A stretch of 32,000 bases of DNA. It comes from Wallemia ichthyophaga EXF-994. Lineage: Eukaryota > Fungi > Basidiomycota. The DNA is taken from positions 240,001-272,000 of the forward strand of contig NW_008806280.1 in assembly GCF_000400465.1 (NCBI RefSeq), given 5' to 3'. A program made the translations under genes and the position numbers. Shown here in pieces: positions 11,299 to 22,224 of this stretch. A model generated the notes under the pieces. The model ran no database searches, was not told the origin of the DNA, and worked only from the letters and a program-made list of their open reading frames with translations. Each line of letters begins with the position of its first letter. The first letter of the stretch is position 1.

Positions 11299-14200
11299 AT
11301 GAAGAGATCAAGAGATAGCGCGTTCAAATCACCGGCGATAAATATAAATTCAAATAAATTTGCAGATAACAGCCACCCGCTCCAGTTCTGGTCTGTCCAA
11401 TGGCGTAATCCTCAGTTCAAGAAACACAAGACGTGGGATGGTGATGGCACGCTGATTGTCAATAGCGGACAAATGATTCTCAAAGATACCAACAGCAGCG
11501 TCATTGGTAGATCTTTCGATAAGAAGAACAGCGTGTTTGAGCCAGGTGCCCACTTTGTTATCGCCGGCAAAGACGTCGAGCTCGATCAACTGCTTAAACA
11601 AGACGCGGCAAAAGAAAACTCACCAAGCAAGCCCAAAGGTATACCAGCTGCTTCTTTTTATACTTCCGCTCCTTCTGCCGCGAAGCCATACAAACCGCCA
11701 TCATTCAGTAAGCCTATGATACCGAGTAAACCTCTGGCAGCAACCAATATTGAGAGCTCCTCGACTTCTGAACCATCTTCACTCGAGCAAAGTGCTTTTC
11801 AGAAACACCCTCCACTCGTTTCTCAAAGCATTTCTCACTCTAATACGCATACCGCACATCCGCCAGCCCCCAAATACGATCCAAACGCCCCAGACGCATT
11901 CGTGATGCCTCAGCTTCCACAAAATATCTTAAATGAACTTAACTACAAGCAGCACCCAGTAGTTGATGTCGTTCTCGATCCACACATCTCATCGAAACTG
12001 CGTCCTCATCAACAGGAAGGTGTTAAGTTTATGTATGAAGCTGTTATGGGTATGCGAGGACATAAGGGCAAAGGTTGCATACTCGCTGATGAGATGGGTC
12101 TCGGTAAGACGCTTCAAGTAATCGCCTTGGTATGGACTCTGTTGAAGCAGAACCCAATCACAAACTCGGGACCCGTCATTGGTAAAGCTATGATAGTCTG
12201 TCCGGTGTCGCTTGTTAATAATTGGCGCAAGGAATTCAGCAAATGGATTGGTCAGTCAAAAATTGGTATCTTCCTTGGCGATAAGGATGTGTCCGAGATC
12301 AAAAAGTTTCAACAGTCGCGTATTCACCAGGTTCTGATTATAGGTTATGAGAAGCTAAGAACAGCAGTCGATGTGCTGAAGTTCTGTCAACCTCAGATAG
12401 GTCTTATCGTATGTGATGAAGGTAAGTGGAATGCAATCAAGAGAAGCATCCTAATAGTACTCTAAGGACATCGTCTAAAGGCGTCAAACAAGACATCACA
12501 AGTGTTTGAAGCGTTCCCTACGCGGCGACGCGTCATTCTGTCTGGTACTCCGATTCAGAATGATTTAGGAGAGTACTACTGTATGGTCAGTAAAAGTTCA
12601 ATACGTACCTGAGCAGACTGACATTCCAAGACTGATTTCTGTAACCCTGGCTTACTCGATAGCTACGCTTCATTTAAGAAGAAGTACGAAACGCCTATTA
12701 TGAGAAGTAGGGCTCCAAATTGTAACAGAAGTGATCTTGAGTTGGGAAGACAACGATCCGAAGCACTCTCAGCCCTCACGAACCAGTTTGTGTTGAGAAG
12801 AACAGCTGAAATACTTGACAACGTTCTACCAACCAAGTCAGAGGTGGGTAGACGTTACAAAGACGATTCAGGCTGACATAATGCTAGTTCGTTGTATGCA
12901 TTGCTCCGACAAAACTTCAATTAGCAATATATAAGCAGTTAGTGCAAGCATCAATCATTCAGAGCGTGTTGGAAAGACTGGGTGGTCAACACTTGAATTT
13001 AATAGGTGTATTGAGGAACTTGTGCAACTCTCCTGGAATTATATACAAGATGATTGAGAATAAACAATCTGAAAGCTACAAAGATTTCAAACTAGATAAT
13101 GTCAAAAACATGTTTCCAAGTAGCGTAAACGCGAATGATATCAATCTTAGTGGGAAGTTGAAAGCATTAGGGAGGTTATTGAAGACACTTAAGACTGAAA
13201 CAGAAGAGAAGATTATTGTTGTTTCAAGTTTTACAGCTACATTAGATGTTATAGAGGTGAGAGTCCCTTTTTTTGGGGGGCTTTATTGACTAAATGTTAT
13301 AGTCTCACTGTCGTCTATGTAAATACAAATTTTGCAGACTCGATGGCTCTACGCCGCAAGCCAAGCGTCAAGAAATAGTAGATGGTTTTAACCGTTCTCC
13401 ACAAGCAGGAAAATTTGTGTTCCTTTTATCAACGAAATCAGGCGGGGTGGGACTCAATCTCATTGGCGCATCACGACTCGTTCTATTTGAGAGTGATTGG
13501 AACCCATCTAACGATTTGCAAGCCATGGCTAGGATTCACAGAGATGGTCAGACGAAACCTGTGTTTATATACCGCTTTCTGACAACGGGAACGATTGATG
13601 AGAAGATATTCCAGAGGCAGTTGACCAAAATCGGACTGTCTAACTCTTTGATGGGGAATACTGTTGAGAAAAAGAACGATACGGATTCTTTCACGGTAGA
13701 AGAACTTCGAGCGTTGTTCAGGATCGATGATGACACAGCTTGCGGGACACACGATTTGCTCGACTGCACTTGTAATCATGGTAGGGTACTTACAGAAGCT
13801 GAGAAAGGTGCTGAGGATGCACAACAAGACGATGAAGAAGAGCCGCAAGGGTTTATCAGCGCCAGTCAACACCAACCCGGAACATCATTAAAGTCAAAGA
13901 GAGACAAACAGGCCAAGATTGCGGCATTGGATGGATGGGATCACGTGGATTGTCTACAGGAGAATCATATGGGGAATTTGGCTGATGATGTGTTGAGAAA
14001 GCTTACAATACACGCTGAGTCACCATTAGTTGCCCAACACAAAGATGATTTCGTTGAAGATACCACAGCTAAGACATCAGACCATCAATTCGAATCATTG
14101 AATGACTATTGCCCGGCCAGTGACGAAGAAGAAGAGCCTGAAGAGGAAAGAAAGGAAGGGGATGTGGAAATCATCGAGCCAGAGCGTAAAGTACAGAAAA

Positions 14201-14307
14201 TAGAGCAACAGGAAGATCCATTCGACATGAACGGATTTCTGCAGGATCAAAATAATGAAGGCAGATTAACATTTGTATTCAAGAAAGTGTCTGGAAGTGT
14301 TGTATAA
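11299..14307 (+). CDS. RDH54: Snf2-family DNA translocase, Rdh54/RAD54B-like
   Basis: Likely ATG 11299 (MKRSRDSAF). N-terminal [18 protein letters not shown] motif, [31 protein letters not shown]|[59 protein letters not shown]. Introns near 12422-12466, 12586-12629, 12846-12886, 13257-13302. Confidence 0.93.
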
Positions 14308-14337
14308 TAGTACAAATTGCATTACAATAATAATTGC

Positions 14338-15339
14338 TTAGGTGGCATCTACAATTATTAGTGGGAGGAAGGGTTAGAAAAACGACTTACATCGGTTCCA
14401 AGTGCCCTGGGTCATCCACTCAGAGTCTGTCCGTCTGCCTGACTTTGGAATATCCTTAGGACCAACTTAGAAAATGTCAGTGAAAATGTATGGTGCGACA
14501 GTCGAATCTCACAGATAGACTTGACGGCGTCGCTTTGGTTTGCATTCTTAGACGTGTTGGACAGCGCATCCGATACTGCCTTTCTAGCGCCTTTTACAAC
14601 ATCAGAGACAGGTGGATCATCGATATTGTCAGCCTTCTTGGCCTTAGGTGTATGTTCAGGCTGATCGGCGGCAGCCTTGCGCTTCTTGCTCTTCTTGCTG
14701 TCAGCCTGCTTCAACCTTGTGGCGTAGAGTTGCTCTTTCATGGCTTCTTCTTCTTCGGGGGGAGGATTAAGCGTGATAAGCTCATCGACATGGTACTCAA
14801 TGCCAGATTCAGGGCACTGACCCGTCTTTGAGCCCTTGTTCATCGACTTCAAACCGCTATCAGAGGCAACAATGCCAGTTTTGGGGAGGTAGACGAATCT
14901 TTGCTTTCCATTCATTTCCTTGAGCGTGATTGGACAAATGAAAGGGGCGTTACTTAGCATAGAATCGCTGTCACGACTGAGGACTTGGTTGAATGAAGGA
15001 TTTGAAGTAAGTTTGAGTTGTTGGACATCTTTTAGAGAGCGTATATGACCACAGATCTTCTGTCCATCGCCGTAGACTGATTTATCGAGGAGAAACTCGA
15101 CAATGGCTTCCTTATTGTAAAGCTTGCCAAGTTGACAGGAAACGACTGGCTGTTTAAGGAGTTTCTTAGACAGAGCACAATAAAACCAGGCTGCTATCCT
15201 AGATATCTCATCGTTCTTCACTTCCGGTTTCTTCTTAGTCTTGACCAATTCTGATCGATAGACAAATGAGCCTCCATCGGCACCCTATCGAGGGCAATTA
15301 AAATTGAGTACAATCAATACTAAAATCCTAGCGTACCAT
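14338..15339 (-). CDS. RTF2: Replication termination factor 2 (Rtf2 family)
   Basis: ATG-only exon 15339-15337, intron 15336-15285, then GADGGSFVYRSELVK, LGKLYNKEAIVEFLLDK, HIRSLKDV and FICPITLKEMNG. Two 3' introns restore ...EWMTQGTWNRYAT*. Confidence 0.93.
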
Positions 15340-15404
15340 TTTTATATTTCTTTATTTGTTGATGGTGGCTACTGTGAAAGGAAACCCCTTTATCACGGCC
15401 AGCC
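15340..15404. promoter_or_regulatory. Inferred bidirectional promoter/5'UTR region, RTF2-CWC15 (65 nt between ATGs)
   Basis: Positional inference from divergent ATGs; AT-rich tract TTTATATTTCTTTATTT. No TSS data. Confidence 0.5.
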
Positions 15405-16421
15405 ATGTCAACCGCGCACAGGTGATTATAAAGAAAAGCACTGAGCCGAGCAACTCTTACATTCCACCGCGCAGACCAACATGGGACCCAGCAGTCGGAC
15501 GAGCAGACACCAAAGCGTACTCGAAGCAGTACTCTGCCAGGGATGCACCAGCGCAGACGAAACTCAAGTTCCGGTGGGTGTGCGAGGTGTATATTACAGC
15601 GTAGGGCATTGTAGTTTACACCACTCTAGTAAGCCCGGTCAGGGAGGTATCGGCGACCAAGATAAGCGCAGAGACTTGCGCCTCGAATTGAACAAGGCAG
15701 AGGAGGAAGCTAATGAAAAGAAACGTAAAGCGCAAGGTTTGTCGTTGGAAGATATTGGCCAGGGTACGGATGACAGCCAGCAGAAAATACCGAAACTTAT
15801 AGACAATCCCGGTGAGGGAGACGCGCATGCTGAGCCATCGACTAGAACACACGAGTCGCAGGCAAGTGAAGACAAGCCTCAGACTTTAGATAAGGATGAA
15901 GAAGCTGATGACGACGAGAGGTGGGTTGCTCACCTTAGCGTTCTATACCGCCTAACATAGCCAAGTGATGACGACTCAGAGGATGATGAGGCTGAGTTGC
16001 TGCGGGAGCTCGACAAAATCAAGCGCGAAAGAGCTGAAGAAAAAGCCAGAAAGGTGAGAAAGTGTTGCTGTTTGTGGTCATCAACTTTCTAACAATTACA
16101 CCACCTAGGACGAGGAGCAAAACAGCGCTAAAGCTGCATCTAGAGAAGAGGAAGTGGCTAGCGGAAATCCTCTACTTAACCTACAGAACGCGTTGGGCGC
16201 TTCTCCATCTTCTACACAGGATACAGGGTTTACTGTGAAACGCAGATGGGATGACGATCTTATCTTCAAGAATCAGGCACTGAATACTTCCGACAAACCA
16301 AAGAAGGAATTCGTTAATGACTTATTGAGGACAGACTGTGAGTATCGCGTGTTTAGTATCCTAACAAAGCTAAAAATATATCCTAGTCCATCGCAAATTC
16401 ATGTACAGATTTATTAAGTGA
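15405..16421 (+). CDS. CWC15: Pre-mRNA splicing factor Cwc15/Cwf15
   Basis: Spliced N-terminus MSTAHRPTWDPAVG, ARDAPAQTKLKFR, EAELLRELDKIKRERAEEKAR, SGNPLLNL, FTVKRRWDDDLIFKNQA, EFVNDLLRTDFHRKFMYRFIK*. First intron 15422-15474. Confidence 0.96.
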
Positions 16422-16639
16422 TTTACATACATTCATAATTAATCTATGTTTGTCGGACACTTGTCAAGCTTGAAGCCAACTGTGGTGGATAAATCAAGCC
16501 AGAGAAATCAAGTTCCTGTTTGGTATACGAGCCAAGTAGAAGAAAAACATGTTGAGCATAGCTTAAAGCTGACATGAATCCATCAAACGCTTGAGCTCGA
16601 CATTTTTGCACATACTCAAAAAAGTAATATAAATATCAT

Positions 16640-18073
16640 TCATTCAAAATCTTCAACTAAAGGGTGATTAGAATTGCTAGATAGTTGAGGGACTACTTAC
16701 AACCACACATAAATGCCTTGTGAATACTAGTATCATCCAGGTCAGCGTACAAACTTAGAAATGGACACAGTCTCACCTCATAACCTTGGCGATAAAGGCC
16801 TCAAGATGGAAAATCTGCTTAGAGCCTTTCCTCATTCGATGCTCCTGAGGTGGATAAGATTAAGTCGTGTTTGTTAAATTCTACTCACATAAAATGCTGC
16901 CCAATAGATAAGGTCTGCACGAATGGAATCGTCGACCATTGTAAGAATGACGTCAAGAAGTGTCTGAAGTAGTTGTTAGGAGATTATCAACTCCGGCAAA
17001 GGAAATTCACTTTGAGAATGAGAGTAGGTGGTATGCAATGTGTGATGAGCTCATAAATTTTTCCTCTTACTTTGAGCAAACCGTCTGGAGAAGGATCGCT
17101 TGTAATTTCCTTAGCGACTTGGATGGTATAAGATTGCCAATCAGGCTTGGCAATTTGAACATTTGAATCAAACGACGGAGATTGCATTCTCATTGCTTCA
17201 AGAACCAGCAAAGCTTTGCGAAGATTACCTGTTGATTCTTTGCCGATCTGTTTGGCGACATCCTCAGGCAGCTGGAACTTCTCTTTTTTAGCTACTTGGG
17301 TCAATACGGTTGACATCTGCAAATTTCATTGAGTATGCTTTGTTACTGAATAAATAACTCACCTGTGGAGGTAAGGGAGCGGGGATTCTAACCAACAAGC
17401 ATCGAGATCGAATTGGAGCTATAATCTTGCTCGTTGTTTGAGCACAGAGAATGATACGAAGGTTAGACATGTACTTCTCCATAGTTCTTCTCAAAGCAGC
17501 TTGAGCATCTCTAGAAAGCTGATCAGCTTCGTTAATGATAACGACTAGGCAATCTGTGAGCTAAAACTAGATTTTTTTAGGTAACCAGCTAACCTTTGAA
17601 TCTTTGTTTCGCATTAGCGTCAACTTGCTGTGTTTGGGCAATTTCTTTGAGGATATCCTGTATAATCAGTCTATCATACTGACCAACGTCGGAAGGTGTA
17701 ATTTCAATGTGATAGTTGCTTTGGACGATGTTCACGTCGAGCTTTCTGTTTGAAGGCGTGAGGAAGACGCGCTGATCGATTTTGAGCTTCTCAACACCTG
17801 GACCAAACAGCTCTCTTAAAGTGGCCATAATGCGTGTCTTTCTACCTGCGCCGGTGGGTCCATAGAAAAGCGTGTGGGGAAAATCGCCGGAGCCAGCCAG
17901 GGATCTGATTCTATTTGTAATATCATGATGATAGTCGAGTTCATCAAGCGACTTTGGCCTATACTGAGCAGAATGAGATAAACCAGGCTAATAAACAAGA
18001 ACTATACTTTATCTACGTATAGAGACTGTAAATATTATTAATTTTATATTTTATATTCCATTTTACTTACCAT
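16640..18073 (-). CDS. RFC5: Replication factor C subunit 5 (yeast nomenclature; human RFC3 orthologue)
   Basis: ATG-only exon 18073-18071, 18-nt exon 18025-18008 (SLYVDK), then YRPKSLDELDYH, DFPHTLFYGPTGAGRKTR, SNYHIEITPSDVG, LRRTMEKY, APIRSRC, GNLRKALL, EHRMRKGSKQIFHLEAFIAKVM and ending GFEDFE*. Confidence 0.96.
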
Positions 18074-18115
18074 TGAGGAGATGACCGTTGCTGTTTACGC
18101 GCTTACGCCCAAGAT
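18074..18115. promoter_or_regulatory. Inferred bidirectional promoter/5'UTR region, RFC5-RasGAP (42 nt between ATGs)
   Basis: Positional inference; contains TTTACGCGCTTACGC. Confidence 0.45.
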
Positions 18116-21100
18116 ATGGCTCATGCACTGGATGAGTTTTCGTATAAGCAATTCATACCTGAGTACGAAATTGGGAATTTAAAGCTCAAAGTGAACCACA
18201 AGTCCAATAGACCGCTTATTCCGATGGTACGTGCGTTTCTCCTGTCCTCCGCTGCTTACCGGTGTGCAGATGTCTAAACTCCGGAGATCTTCTGCGAAAT
18301 CGGGAGCAATGGGAGTGGGATGGAAGCAGATATCTCTAAAGCTCGATTCCATTGGTGGTCTATTTATTCTCGCTGAGGTGAGTGTCAATAGCTCATGGTT
18401 GAGCCTTTAAACTTAAATTCAAAAGGAGGGAACTCCGATTCACTATATTGGCCTTAGTAGCCTGAAAATGACTGATATACGACCTGTCGATTATTCCGTA
18501 TTCACAGTTCCCAACTTAATCGTCATACACACTCATTCTCTCTCTCCAACGCTCCTGATTGGGCAGAATTCTTCCAATCACTCTAACTCTAGCAACTCTA
18601 CATTCGGCCTTCTCAATAACCTCAGGCCCATATCGCCCAAATCCACTCAGCGATCGAGCCCCTCTCCAAACCATCCTCCAAGCCCAAATCCAGACGATCC
18701 ACTTTTTATCGCCTTCCCCACTCGACGGCATATGATAGCTTGGTTGACTCTATTGCGATCATGCACCAAAGCTGACGTTTATCATGCCGGTAAAGACCCT
18801 CACAAAGGTTACTTTCGAATGTCAAGACAAATGTCTCTCTCAATTGTGGAGCTGCGATCCCCGCAGAAAGATGTTCAATCTAACCTTAATGATTATGTCG
18901 AGGACAGCCCGAGTGTTAATGGTAACTCATCCAAAATTAACTCTCTCAATTCGCTGTCTTCATCAAGCTCAGCTGGGCTTACTCCGCCATTACAGCGAAG
19001 AACATCTACCCAATTCACTGAACCTTACAACGATACCTACGAGTGGCACTGTGAGATTTGGGATCCCACAGGACTAGCTTTTAGATCCTCTGCCAAGGTC
19101 GCTTACCATCCATTTTGGAAAGAAGATTGTCTTCTGGTTGATCTACCGAATCTCAACTCTATAACGGTCAAGATATTCAGATCAGTTTCATCATATGCTT
19201 TATCAAAAGGACATTTCACATTGTTTGGTACAGTATTCATACCTCTAAAGGCATATCCAAGATTATCAGAGGTAGACAAATGGTTCAACGTGATTGGCAT
19301 AAACGAAAACACTCTCGAAACTTCTGTCAGGGGAGAATTGAGACTGAAATTGAGGGTTGATGAGGATGTAATCCTGCCCAAAAGCCGTTATGATGAATTG
19401 TTTAGCGTGAGTATAGGTGATTTGTGATTAGTATTATCTCACACCGTCAATTTAGATTATGCAAGGTCAACATAGAGTGAGAGTCATACATGACATCTCT
19501 TCAATATACCCATCTTTGGTGAGTGTATGTGTATATCAATCATCTAGACCAACTGAAACCTTTGCTAGGAACAACTTTCTGATACACTAATCAAAATATA
19601 CTCAATAGATTGCAATTTAATGGTATCTGTAATGAATGATCTTGCTTACAAAGAAATATGGTCATCAAGAGCTGGTAGGTCTGACTCAAAATTCTAATCC
19701 TGGCTAACAACTAGTAGATGAGAATACAATATTTCGGCCAAATACAATATTAACTAAATTAATGGATCGCTATATGAACTTCATGAGTAGACTGACTGGA
19801 TGGTTGGAGGATAGTCTGGGACACCCTATCCGCGAAATGATAGACAAGAAGGTAGAATGTGAATTAGATACAGATAGAAAAGGTGGACCAGCAGACAAAG
19901 ATGAATTGCTTCACTGGGCTGATGTAATTCTCAATAGCATCATAGAATCAAGAGTTGGATGTCCAATTGAGCTTCGAAAGATATTTCATAACATAAGGAA
20001 ACAATGTCATGCAAGATGGAACAAGGCTCAATTAGTAAACTCATTTATCTTTTTAAGACTTTTCGTACCTGCGATTATCAACCCAAATTTATTTGGTTTG
20101 ACCAATGTGTCACCATCACCTGGAGTTTCGCGTACATTAACACTGATTGCGAAAATAATTCAAGCTCTTGCTAATAATAAAGAGGAGATGGGAGATAAGG
20201 AGCACTTTATGGGAGTCGTTTCACCATTTTTACAAGATCATAATAGGAGGTTTGCATTTATTGATTACGTTGCATATGTTGGTAATGAGGATTCAGCTGC
20301 TTCTTACAAGACGAGTGAAGAAATATCAATAAACGAGTTGGCGACTTCTGTTGAGAAAACATCGGATAGGAGATTCAATGATTGCAGTCATGATATATAT
20401 AGGCAGTCTCTACCAAGTTCATACACAGGGATTGATAACTCGAGAGAGTTGGCGTCGTTCACCAACGATCTCAACAAGATATATAACAAAGTGCAGCTAA
20501 ATGAATTGCAAAATAGGGATCATTATTTTAGGAGAAAGTCATTAAATTACGCCACGCTTGAATTGTTTGAAGCAAGTATGGATATACAAGAAGATGCCAG
20601 ACAGATGTGGGAGTCTCGGCAAAGACATAGGAGAAAGGCCAATTCGGCATATGAGTCGTCGAAACCCAACAGAAGCGAATGGTTAAGTGATCAGCAAGAC
20701 TTACGCAGTAGTAGAAAAGTAAGCGTGTCCAGTTCTAGCGCTAGCTTAGAACCGCAAATGAAGCAATCATCGTCGCAGCGCCGTAGAGGATTTACAATCA
20801 CAGGATTGAGTAATGGCAGCAATAATTGGATTCATGATAGTAAACGTAAGAATATTGGCAGTGATAATAAGACAAGTAACAGCAAAAGTAGCGCGACTAA
20901 TAAGAACAATAGTACGGGTAATAATAATACAAGTAATAGTAACACAAGTAATAATAAGAGCAATGGCGCTCATGCTAAGAACAAAGTTGGTAATCGTAAT
21001 CAAAACAGGGACAAGAAGGATTACGTCAATAATGATCCATCGAGATATATGGACCTAGGTAGGGGATTTAATGACTATCAATTCATGCAATACGACAAGG

Positions 21101-21483
21101 AGAAGAGGGAGAAGAAGGGGAAAAAGGAGATGGAGGTGGAGAAGAAGGAGATGGCAAAGAAGGAAGAAAAGGCAAGCCCGCCTAATACACCGGAGTCGAT
21201 GAAGAATTTGAAAATAACACTGGAGAAGTACAGACTTACCCAGGAGGCGGTGGATGATGCACCGTTACCGAAATATCCGTTACCTGTGAGTGACAGTGTG
21301 AGTAGCAATGTGAGCAGCAACGTAAACAGTCACAGCTACGATAACAACGATCGTTCAAAGTCAAGGGCGAGTGTTCGAAACTCAGCGACAAAAGGAGAAG
21401 AGGAGCACAGCAAGGATGACATAAACATTGACAATAAAAAGAAGACAGTCTTCTTCAAATGGACCAAAGGAATAATTGATTAG
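18116..21483 (+). CDS. Ras GTPase-activating protein with C2 domain (Bud2/Cla2-like) and low-complexity C-terminus
   Basis: ATG 18116 plus two upstream introns (GTACGT..GCAG, GTGAGT..AAAG) join in frame to ORF 18468. C2-like segment HPFWKEDC...GELRLKLRV, arginine-finger segment NTIFRPNTILTKLMDRYM and GAP signature SFIFLRLFVPAIINPNLFGL...RTLTLIAKIIQALAN. Confidence 0.88.
20815..21180 (+). repeat. Low-complexity coding tract (Asn/Ser-rich, then Lys/Glu-rich) in the RasGAP tail
   Basis: AAT/AGT/AAC-rich run encoding NKNNSTGNNNTSNSNTSNNKSN, followed by a purine-rich run encoding KEKREKKGKKEMEVEKKEMAKKEEK. Confidence 0.75.
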
Positions 21484-21569
21484 GTATAGAGGATATTGAA
21501 CACTTTTTAATCAGCACAGCTTAATAATAAATTTAAGAATGAAAGTATATTTTGTATTATATTAATGTT

Positions 21570-22144
21570 CTACGCATTTAATTCTTCTCTAGTTGGAATG
21601 CCTGTGGGTGATGATAAGTGATGAGATGTGAGCAGTTTCATTAGTAAGTAGACACACCAAGTTCTTCTCTGAGTGGCTTGAGAGCATCAAGGTATTGCTC
21701 ATATTGGCCTTGATTTTCGACCTTCTCCTTTATGCCTTCCTGTATAGTAAAGAATCAGCCAATCAGGTTGTCGGAAAAGAGAAAATGAAAAAACGGACAA
21801 AGATTCTGACAGCAGTGCTAAAGTCGTTAACACGTCTAGAAGCTCTGATTGCAGATTCGCATATTTCAGGAGCAGGTACTAAATCGTAAGCGAAACAGTT
21901 GTTCAATCCTCTTTGCAATTCGAAAAGGTCTTCAACTTGATCGAAGAATGCGGTGTATCTCTTTGTGAAGTCTTCAAAGCTTTCCTCTTCATGTCCAGCG
22001 CTATATTGACGAACTAGGTGTAGAGTCAGCGCTTTGTGGTAAGTGTGCACACGAATAAACACCTTGGGTGATTGGAATTGAAGGCGTTAAGCTAACTCTC
22101 GATAAAGCTCTCGCATTTACTGCTGTTCTAAGTACACCGAACAT
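21570..22144 (-). CDS. COX6: Cytochrome c oxidase subunit Va (yeast Cox6) precursor
   Basis: Presequence MFGVLRTAVNARALSR, then EESFEDFTKRYTAFFDQVEDLFELQRGLNNCFAYDLVPAPEICESAIRASRRVNDFSTAVRIF|EGIKEKVENQGQY...LREELG|IPTREELNA*. Three short introns. Confidence 0.97.
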
Positions 22145-22224
22145 TTTTTTAAACAGTTGGTTGGATACAAGAGAGAGAGGTGGGCGTCTTTCGAACGATT
22201 GAGCGATTGAGTGGTTAGATTAGT
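22145..22224. promoter_or_regulatory. Inferred bidirectional promoter/5'UTR region, COX6-Alba gene (80 nt between ATGs)
   Basis: Positional inference; contains a GA dinucleotide run and repeated GATTGAG. Confidence 0.45.

Noticed and set aside
15356-15404. Upstream start for CWC15 (TTG 15356 / ATG 15362)
   Set aside because: The conserved MSTAHRPTW N-terminus is rebuilt from ATG 15405 by one canonical intron. The upstream ATG could be a uORF but has no support.
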